Part shown: piece by piece, positions 35,509-41,573 of the stretch
Numbering within the stretch: the stretch's first letter is position 1
How the letters are laid out: the number at the start of each line of letters is the position of its first letter
Virus record (IMG/VR): IMGVR_UViG_3300025153_000011
Length of the DNA stretch: 41,573 nucleotides
Reading direction: 5' to 3' (one strand)
DNA from: a virus
Made by a program: the position numbers and the translations under genes
Notes under the pieces: generated by a model
The model's database searches: none
Told to the model about the DNA's origin: nothing
The model's input: only the letters and a program-made list of their open reading frames with translations

Positions 35509-35570
35509 GGTGTTGAGCTTAAGTTACTAGCAATGTTGCATAGCACTTGAGACGGGAAAGAGGGTATACC

Positions 35571-36122
35571 ATGAAAAATAATACTACAATCTACAAGCCA
35601 GTTTTCGAAAGTGATTTCATTGCCACACTAGATGCTAGAAAAGAATTAAAGATTCAAACCGTTATTGGCTCCAATGGTACTGCCACTATCAACTTGCTAA
35701 TGAATTTTAAATCAGACAAGACCGACGGCAAAGGATATATCAAGGCGATAGCATTCAACGTGTCAAACGATAACATGAGACTCTTAGTAGATGCTTTAAT
35801 TGCCGCTCAAAAAGTTCTTAATACTGAAATGAAAAAAGGACTTTCAGCAAGACCACAAGTCAAAGAAGTTGTAGCACTATCGGGTAATGCTCAAATTGAC
35901 GCCCTAAGACAAGCGGGTTTAACGGATGAACAAATATCCGCCTTAGGGATTGAAATACCAAAGCCAGCCAAGAAAAAAGTCCTCAGCACCACAGTAGAAG
36001 AGGAGATTGATATTTTTACCCAAGTAATTGCCTTAATGACTCCAGCACAACTCAAAAAGCTTAATGCCGCTGAATTATTAAGAGGTATCAATGGCAAAGG
36101 TGGTGCAAAGGGTGGCAAATAA
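35571..36122 (+). CDS. Hypothetical early protein (183 aa)
   Basis: GAAAGAGGG RBS and ATG at 35571. The ORF-track start at 35547 is a TTG with no RBS. C-terminal Lys/Gly tail GKGGAKGGK. Confidence 0.6.
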   Translation: MKNNTTIYKPVFESDFIATLDARKELKIQTVIGSNGTATINLLMNFKSDKTDGKGYIKAIAFNVSNDNMRLLVDALIAAQKVLNTEMKKGLSARPQVKEVVALSGNAQIDALRQAGLTDEQISALGIEIPKPAKKKVLSTTVEEEIDIFTQVIALMTPAQLKKLNAAELLRGINGKGGAKGGK

Positions 36123-36300
36123 CCGAATACTACAAGAGCTTGACTACACCGATAGAGTCAACGAGTTGATGGCACAAGCTGAACAGGATTTTACCGATAA
36201 AGCGTGTAAACTGTATATCGACCTAGTCAACGCCCAGCTAATCAAAAAGGATATTCAGAATTATGCCATTCTCAGACACAAGCTAAAAAATCAAATTTAA
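36091..36300 (+). CDS. Hypothetical early protein (69 aa)
   Basis: AAGAGGT RBS and ATG at 36091, with a 32-nt overlap with the upstream gene. Followed directly by a strong terminator. Confidence 0.5.
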   Translation: MAKVVQRVANNRILQELDYTDRVNELMAQAEQDFTDKACKLYIDLVNAQLIKKDIQNYAILRHKLKNQI

Positions 36301-36303
36301 ATT

Positions 36304-36333
36304 AAAGCCCCTAGAAATAGGGGCTTTTTTATT
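36304..36333 (+). terminator. Rho-independent terminator
   Basis: Stem aaagcccct (36304..36312) / aggggcttt (36319..36327), 6-nt loop, with a T-run through 36330. Confidence 0.8.
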
Positions 36334-36741
36334 GCCATTGAATATATCAAGCTGAAATAGTGATAGAGATATGATTTAAAGCCCCTAAATCATCGATTTC
36401 AGCGTGTTTTATAGTCTTTTAATATCAATATGCCATCATAGGCATTTTAGAGCTCAAATCGCTCAAAATCCAAAAGCGTTTTTTTAGCATAAATTATAAT
36501 AATGCCTGTAGCCTCGGAGCCTGTCAGCTTAGCGACGCTATAAGAAAATGACGCTATAAACCGTCAGAAAAAAACTTAATATATCGCCTGTAGCGTCAGA
36601 GCTTGGTTCAACTATGCCGAAAACAAATGGAAATCGGCATAGTTAAGGTTTGTCATCCCCCTTTATTCTTTGTTGCCTAGCTTATTCAAATCCTATTTTC
36701 TAATCTCCCAAATCGGGTCTCTAGTCTTGTTGGCAAAACCT

Positions 36742-36787
36742 TATATATATATATACAAAGACGTAGTCTTTGTAATATATATATATA
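36742..36787. repeat. AT-rich near-perfect palindrome ((TA)7-caaagac gta gtctttg-ta-(AT)n)
   Basis: Read directly: tatatatatatatacaaagac (36742..36762), gta, gtctttgtaatatatatatata (36766..36787). Confidence 0.9.
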
Positions 36788-36797
36788 AAGGGCTTTT

Positions 36798-37129
36798 GTC
36801 GAACAAATAGATACTGGAAATTCCCTCAAATGTCAAATATTACCATTTTACCGTCGAACAAACTCTTGGTAAAGATAAACATCGAATTTGCAATGCTTAC
36901 ATCAATTTCCGTCGAACAAAAAATCACTCCGTCGAACAGTCTTGGTAACAATAAACCCATTGATTTCAACGTTTACCATTTATTCCCATAAATGTCAATT
37001 CAGCTTATAATAGCCCAAAACGTTGAAATTCCAATCTTGGTAAAGATAAACTTAGGTATTGCAACGCTTTGCTGTCTTTTCGTCGAACAGTTTTTTTATA
37101 CTTTGATTTTTGTTCGACGTTTTCTGTAA
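36798..37129. repeat. Iteron array: GTCGAACA x5 direct + 1 inverted, interleaved with three copies of a 17-mer TCTTGGTAAAGATAAAC
   Basis: GTCGAACA at 36798, 36853, 36911, 36931 and 37082, and inverted TGTTCGAC at 37121. The 17-mer is at 36864..36880 and 37035..37051 (identical) and at 36940..36956 (2 mismatches). The region is non-coding. Confidence 0.85.
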
Positions 37130-37191
37130 CCCAGTGATTGCAATGGGTTTAGGGTTTTATTAAGTTTTTGGTCGCTTTTTAGTGATTTTGC

Positions 37192-37220
37192 TTGACAAGA
37201 ATTTAGAGCTGATTTATACT
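37192..37220 (+). promoter_or_regulatory. Sigma-A-type promoter (TTGACA - 17 nt - TATACT)
   Basis: TTGACA at 37192..37197 and TATACT at 37215..37220. It shares TTGACAAGAAT with the 38017 promoter. Confidence 0.7.
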
Positions 37221-37275
37221 GTGGATACAGTCAATTTAAACTTGTCAACACATAATATTATAAGGAGAAAAAACA

Positions 37276-37983
37276 ATGGAAAAAGAGAAAAAAGTCTTAG
37301 AGCACAGGGTAGCATTTAGAATGGCGGATGAATTGTTTAACAAGGTATCTCTGGAGGATAATGCTGGGGAGCTAGTACGAGAATTGCTTGAAAATCATTA
37401 TAGACTAACGCCTAAGATACCAAAGCCGAAAGAACACGCTGTAAAAGGTCATTTAGTAGCCACAAAGACAGGGAAACGGGCTCTGATACTCCCAGTAGGG
37501 GATATATTGATGAAAGGGCAACCCGATAGGGAGCGTGTTGAGCTTTGGTGGTGTCCGTTAGAGCACGTAGATACTGTGGTAAAGTTAATGTCGGTATTCG
37601 ATGGTTGCTCAGCTGGTATAGGGGAAGAGGGTAATGGTACGGACTATATGCCCGAGATAATCCAGGAAGAACACCAAGAGCGTAAGCGTAACGGGTGCTT
37701 TACCCCATCGTGTAGAATGGATGAAGCCCTTATCGGGGATAAGTTAATATGGATGAATATAGACGATAGTGAAAAGGCGATAAAGAGCTTCAAAACGCAT
37801 ACCGCAGTACCGTGTCCTATTAGAATTGACGTGATAAGGTATAACGACGACGATAGATATAAAGAAGCTTGTACTATCGGGAATAAGTTATTCACATACT
37901 ACTATAAAAATACCAGACCATATGATAACAGTGCAATAGATACGCATACTAATGTATTCAACAAACTGTACGACGTCGACTAG
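37276..37983 (+). CDS. Hypothetical protein (235 aa) with possible RHH-like N-terminus; candidate iteron-binding or regulatory protein
   Basis: AAGGAGA RBS and ATG at 37276. N-terminal HRVAFRMADELFNKV...AGELVRELLENHY has a strand-helix-helix flavour. The gene has its own promoter and is flanked by shared sequence motifs. Confidence 0.6.
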   Translation: MEKEKKVLEHRVAFRMADELFNKVSLEDNAGELVRELLENHYRLTPKIPKPKEHAVKGHLVATKTGKRALILPVGDILMKGQPDRERVELWWCPLEHVDTVVKLMSVFDGCSAGIGEEGNGTDYMPEIIQEEHQERKRNGCFTPSCRMDEALIGDKLIWMNIDDSEKAIKSFKTHTAVPCPIRIDVIRYNDDDRYKEACTIGNKLFTYYYKNTRPYDNSAIDTHTNVFNKLYDVD

Positions 37984-38016
37984 AAACGTTGAAATTGCAA
38001 CGGTTTGAGAAATGTG

Positions 38017-38045
38017 TTGACAAGAATGTCAGAATGTGATATAAT
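38017..38045 (+). promoter_or_regulatory. Sigma-A-type promoter (TTGACA - 17 nt - TGaTATAAT) of the AAA+/VWA operon
   Basis: TTGACA at 38017..38022 and TATAAT at 38040..38045 with a TGa extended -10. This is the closest match to consensus in the window. Confidence 0.75.
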
Positions 38046-38048
38046 AGA

Positions 38049-38100
38049 GCCATCGTTTGAAGTGTCAGTCTTGGGCTGAGCAACAAACCGATGGCTTTTG
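38049..38100 (+). terminator. Promoter-proximal hairpin plus T-tract (attenuator-like) in the operon leader
   Basis: gccatcgtttg (38049..38059) pairs with caaaccgatggc (38084..38095) with one bulge. It is followed by TTTT (38096..38099) and starts within a few nt of the predicted transcription start. Confidence 0.5.
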
Positions 38101-38280
38101 ACTCGGAGCCGAAGTGGTTGAACAATCCCAACACTTTGAAACAAGTTAATTTTATAGTATTGAAGTATTCATACGCTAGATGTATGAAAGCACAGTTGCA
38201 TTGCTGAATGGCTCGACCAAGCCTTATATGTAACAGGAAAGGTTCGCTGAAACCACGAAAAAGAAAGTGAGGTGTTATAT

Positions 38281-38604
38281 ATGAAATATAAGGTGTTTAG
38301 GGAATTAGCTGGTAGTTGTTTTGGTAAACATAATCCACTAGAGTCTATGTGTAAAGTGTGTACTAAACAAGTTAAGTGTATAGAAAGGGGATTAAGCATG
38401 AGTTATTATGGAGATAAAGTCACTGATTTACTAGAAGAAAATAAGACTTTAAGACGTCGCTTAGCACGTCAGTTAAGAATTAATAAAGAATTACAAGACC
38501 TTGTTGATGTTACAACAACAGGACTTTCTGATGTTCTTGCTAAGACGAAGCAAATGCACGAAAACCAAATTAGTATACAGGAATACTTAGATAGTTTGAA
38601 ATAG
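38281..38604 (+). CDS. Small protein (107 aa): N-terminal Cys cluster (C-x10-C-x2-C-x5-C) + coiled coil
   Basis: GTGAGGTG RBS and ATG at 38281. An in-frame alternative ATG at 38398 has an AAAGGGGA RBS. First gene of the operon. Confidence 0.55.
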   Translation: MKYKVFRELAGSCFGKHNPLESMCKVCTKQVKCIERGLSMSYYGDKVTDLLEENKTLRRRLARQLRINKELQDLVDVTTTGLSDVLAKTKQMHENQISIQEYLDSLK

Positions 38605-38618
38605 AGAGGAGAACCACA

Positions 38619-40130
38619 ATGGAAAAGAGATTTAGACTAGATAAAAGGCACTTTAGCGTGCTATATCAAGGGCACAGCACATCGGCTTTGATAAATGGTA
38701 GTTATTACTTCGGGTACATAAACGACAAAGGTGGTCTGGTAGTGCTTAACGAGGAGCGTAAGTGGAGCAAATATGGCGTTAAAAACTTTAAACAGTATCC
38801 TGGCGTGCTAACAACAGTAGTCCACGTTTATGGAAGCCTTGCTATTAAAGGCTCTGACGTAACAACGTGTACTGACTCGGGGTTAATAAACCTTAAAACT
38901 CCGTCTATAGGAAGTACCTCTAAAGAAATCGCCGATATGCTTGGTATGGACGCTAGTGTAGTAGAAAGTATACTGAGCGGTTCCTTTCCTAGTAGTAGTA
39001 GTACAATAACCGGTTCTTTTTATGCTGGCGGTGGCGGTGGTATTATAGGAGCAAGCACTACACCATCTAAGGCTACTGTAATGCCTCATACTTTTAGTAA
39101 TGCAACCTATGTAGCAGACACTATTGCACCCGTAGTAAAGAAAGAGAGCGTGAAGATGACAACATATCCAAAGAAAAATACCTTATCCCACTTCCTTAAT
39201 GAACAGGGAGTAAGTGACACATTAATAAAGAAAATACAGGAATTTAGAAATGAAAACAAGCTCGATAGTGGAGAAGCTTCCTTGCTAGAACGTATTAATA
39301 AGCCTAACAGTTGGTATGTGGGAAAAGAATGGAGCTTGGCAATATCGGCTATATTAGCTGGTAAGAACATCTTGTTAGAGGGCGATAAAGCGACTGGTAA
39401 GAACGTGTTTGCTGAATGTCTTGCTTATTTGTTTGGTAGACCAATATGGGATATATCCTGTCATACTAACACAAACGCCGAGTCTCTTATCGGTGGAGAA
39501 ACATTCCGAGACGGACAAGTTGAGTTTAGACCTGGTAGTGTTTATAACGTAGCTAAGTTTGGTGGTTTTGGTGTCCTAGACGAAATCAATATGGCAAAAG
39601 CCGATGCTCTTGCAGTATTGCACAGTATAACTGACCGTAGAAGAGTCCTTGATGTTCCTGGTTATCAGCGTCTTAACCTTAACCAAGCTACCCGCTTTAT
39701 TGGAACGATGAATTCGGGATATGCTGGTACTCGTGAGTTAAACGAGGCTCTTGTCTCAAGGTTTGTGGTAATACACGTTACGAGTATGCCGAAAGCAAGT
39801 CTGCTCAAGCATTTACAAGCGATGTATCCTAGTGCTAATGCATCAACACTTGGTTATTTTGCACAGTTATTCTGCGACTTACAAGCTAAGGCAAAGAGCT
39901 CCGAAATATCCACAAAATCAGTGGACTTACGAGGAATACAGGACGCTATTGAGATAGTTGAGGTAGGGAACGTTAGTCCTTATGAAGCTGTCGAAGTGTG
40001 TATCATCAACAAAGCCTTTGATGAATACGAGAAAACACTTGTTAGAGACGTAGTAAACACGTTAATACCAAAGAGTTGGACTAGCCTAGACTTATTCAGT
40101 CTACCAGGTTCTATCTCAGTAACATTTTAG
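38619..40130 (+). CDS. CobS/MoxR-like AAA+ ATPase (AAA_5 class) with an N-terminal extension of about 230 aa
   Basis: GAGAGGAG RBS. Walker A LLEGDKATGKN (39381..39404), Walker B FGVLDEIN (D-E at 39579..39584), sensor-1 FIGTMN, Arg-finger-like NEALVSRF. Immediately upstream of the VWA gene. Confidence 0.8.
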   Translation: MEKRFRLDKRHFSVLYQGHSTSALINGSYYFGYINDKGGLVVLNEERKWSKYGVKNFKQYPGVLTTVVHVYGSLAIKGSDVTTCTDSGLINLKTPSIGSTSKEIADMLGMDASVVESILSGSFPSSSSTITGSFYAGGGGGIIGASTTPSKATVMPHTFSNATYVADTIAPVVKKESVKMTTYPKKNTLSHFLNEQGVSDTLIKKIQEFRNENKLDSGEASLLERINKPNSWYVGKEWSLAISAILAGKNILLEGDKATGKNVFAECLAYLFGRPIWDISCHTNTNAESLIGGETFRDGQVEFRPGSVYNVAKFGGFGVLDEINMAKADALAVLHSITDRRRVLDVPGYQRLNLNQATRFIGTMNSGYAGTRELNEALVSRFVVIHVTSMPKASLLKHLQAMYPSANASTLGYFAQLFCDLQAKAKSSEISTKSVDLRGIQDAIEIVEVGNVSPYEAVEVCIINKAFDEYEKTLVRDVVNTLIPKSWTSLDLFSLPGSISVTF

Positions 40131-40142
40131 GGGGTGTAATAT

Positions 40143-41573
40143 ATGTTAAAAAATCAAAACCGTGTCGCCAATATGGCGTACACCGTAACTGGACGGTATG
40201 ACTTCAAGGTAGAGGGGGGAGAAAACTCCTGTACCGACACTAAGAACGTTTCAATCCATAGTGACAGCGTGTTAGAGCAAATCGGTATGAGCCCAAAAGA
40301 CATTATGGACCTTCAGCTTTCTGCTAGTGCACACGAAGCAGGGCACCTTAACTACTCTAAGATGGAAGATATGACGGACTATATGAAGAAGATGCAGACG
40401 TTAGGAGCCGACCTTGCCCAAGCAAATGACCTTATGCAGATTGTTGAGGACTATCGTATTGATACAGAGATAGCACGCCATAGACCCGGCTACAAAGATT
40501 TGAGTGAACGCTCGCTAAAAGTGTTATCTGGTGTGTTTTCGGAGTTTCCTAAGACCGCCGATAAGTTGTTTGTGGAGACAAAAGCACTTGGCTGTTTGCC
40601 TTACGGGTTGGACTTATCCAAGTATCCCGGGTGGGATAAAGCAGTTGATTGGACTAGAGTACGGGCTATGGCAACTGAGATAATGCAACGTTCCACAAAG
40701 GCAACAAGCTCCAAAGAAAGTGCCGACATCGCCGCTAATATGTATATTAAATACTATGGCTTACCAGACCCTAGTGAGTCCAAGAGCAAAAATCCTAATC
40801 CAGACCTTAACGAGGAAGATGGTGGAGAGGGAGACGGAGATAGCACAGGCACTAAAGCCCCTAACGCTGAAAGCAAGGAGAACGATAGCAAGGAAAAAGG
40901 TGGCGACGAGGACAGTAACGACGCTGATAGTAATGATACTGACGATAGTGAGGATAACGAGGATAGTGACTCTGATAATGATGACGATAGTGACTCCGAG
41001 AGTGATGCTGATAAGGAAAATGAGTGTAATGACGCTGTAACCAAAGAGCTTACGGAAAAAGAGCTTACGGAAATGATAAAGAAAAGTATGGAAAAAAGCT
41101 CACTCGATAAACTTGTGGATACTGAGGTTGATGGAAAAGTTAAAAAGGCGATAGATAATGCAAAGGCTTTAGCGATTACTGAGGATACAAGCACTAGAAA
41201 CCGTGAAGATGCACGTAAAGAATGTATTAAAGTCTACGGAAAACCCATATTAACACCTATCGAAGCACAACGTTTAGAGGACGCTGTAGGGGTAGGGATG
41301 AACAAAGGAGCGTTAGTTCACTACACTGATATATCCGAGACACTAAATAGGACTTCTAGCGGACAAAAAAGTTGTAAAAGCTACAATATGGCATCAATTA
41401 AGAGACTGGATAGACAAGCACTCCAGTTAGCAAACGAGATAAGGACAAGCCTTACTGCAAGAGACACGGAAAGCTTCTCTACCTCAACAATAGGACACAT
41501 TAAACCTAACAAGATATGGAAAGCCACTCATTGCGACAATCCTCACGTGTTTACACAAAAGGAACAGACCGAA
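40143..41573 (+). CDS. N-terminal part of the CobT-like protein: HExxH region + acidic D/S/N/E tract; continues across the junction into 1..793 (698 aa total)
   Basis: AGGGGGTG RBS and ATG at 40143. I translated the frame to the window end and found no stop. HEAGH at 40332..40346. Acidic tract about 40794..41016. 41447..41573 duplicates 1..127, so the unique CDS is 40143..41446 plus 1..793, which is 2097 nt. Confidence 0.8.
   Translation, partial: MLKNQNRVANMAYTVTGRYDFKVEGGENSCTDTKNVSIHSDSVLEQIGMSPKDIMDLQLSASAHEAGHLNYSKMEDMTDYMKKMQTLGADLAQANDLMQIVEDYRIDTEIARHRPGYKDLSERSLKVLSGVFSEFPKTADKLFVETKALGCLPYGLDLSKYPGWDKAVDWTRVRAMATEIMQRSTKATSSKESADIAANMYIKYYGLPDPSESKSKNPNPDLNEEDGGEGDGDSTGTKAPNAESKENDSKEKGGDEDSNDADSNDTDDSEDNEDSDSDNDDDSDSESDADKENECNDAVTKELTEKELTEMIKKSMEKSSLDKLVDTEVDGKVKKAIDNAKALAITEDTSTRNREDARKECIKVYGKPILTPIEAQRLEDAVGVGMNKGALVHYTDISETLNRTSSGQKSCKSYNMASIKRLDRQALQLANEIRTSLTARDTESFSTSTIGHIKPNKIWKATHCDNPHVFTQKEQTE
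41447..41573. repeat. Terminal overlap, copy 2 (identical to 1..127)
   Basis: Same 127-nt string as 1..127. Its length and position at both contig ends fit a circular-assembly overlap. Confidence 0.95.

Noticed and set aside
36798-37129. Possible CRISPR array
   Set aside because: The repeats are only 8-17 bp, belong to two families, include an inverted copy and have irregular spacing. There are no cas genes. The region fits iterons, not a CRISPR array.
38169-38399. 76-aa - strand ORF in the operon leader
   Set aside because: It has no RBS and overlaps the RBS-led + strand gene. It is oriented against the strong 38017 promoter.
40720-41194. ORFs 40720..41040 (+) and 40754..41194 (-)
   Set aside because: Both are alternative-frame or antisense readings of the low-complexity GAT/AGT/GAC-rich acidic tract of the CobT-like gene. 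Their translations are monotonous (Ile/Thr/Val/Arg/Met-rich or Ser/Leu-rich) and have no RBS.
1-41573. tRNA, rRNA, integrase, transposase, methyltransferase, reverse transcriptase or toxin-antitoxin genes
   Set aside because: I scanned the intergenic regions for T-loop-like GGTTCGAAT-type strings and cloverleaf-sized structures, and scanned the ORF translations for the corresponding catalytic motifs. Nothing convincing was found. A tRNAscan or HMM run would be needed to be certain.

Overview
The window is a complete, circularly closed dsDNA phage genome. The first 127 nt are identical to the last 127 nt, so the unique length is 41,446 bp, and one gene reads in frame across the junction. No integrase, tRNA, rRNA, CRISPR array or transposon was seen.

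Layout:
- Rightward (+) early and replication arm, about 35.5 kb through the junction to 10.9 kb. It holds small early genes, a roughly 940 bp non-coding iteron and palindrome region, and an orphan 235-aa gene. It also holds a three-gene operon: a small Cys/coiled-coil protein, a CobS/MoxR-like AAA+ ATPase, and a CobT-like HExxH + acidic tract + VWA protein.
- The same arm continues with an AEP-primase/RecA-like helicase, an SNF2 helicase, a family A DNA polymerase with an N-terminal UDG-like Fe-S domain, a Cas4-like nuclease, a Sak4-like AAA_24 ATPase, a DUF669 SSB-like protein and a VRR-NUC nuclease.
- Short leftward (-) early operon, 35044 to 33624, which includes a SleB-like cell-wall hydrolase.
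- Long leftward late operon, about 33.4 kb down to 10.9 kb: TerS, TerL, portal, scaffold, major capsid, then a T7-like order of adaptor, giant nozzle-like protein and internal virion proteins. It ends in an XhlA-like / XhlB-SPP1-type holin / amidase lysis cassette.

No tail tube or tape-measure gene is present, so a podovirus-like virion is likely. Strong GGAGG-type ribosome binding sites, TTGACA-17-TATAAT-type promoters and the lysis genes point to a Bacillota host, probably a Bacillus-like spore former.

Most interesting:
1. The CobS/CobT-like AAA+/VWA operon, which has no CobN, an HExxH motif, a non-canonical GKN Walker A and an attenuator-like leader.
2. The iteron-dense putative origin or regulatory region next to a gene with a possible ribbon-helix-helix (RHH) N-terminus.
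3. The UDG-like domain on the polymerase, which has substituted catalytic motifs.
4. The 2018-aa tail protein carrying DUF2341, two LamG-like domains and four tandem repeats.

All functional calls come from motif recognition by eye. No database search was run.
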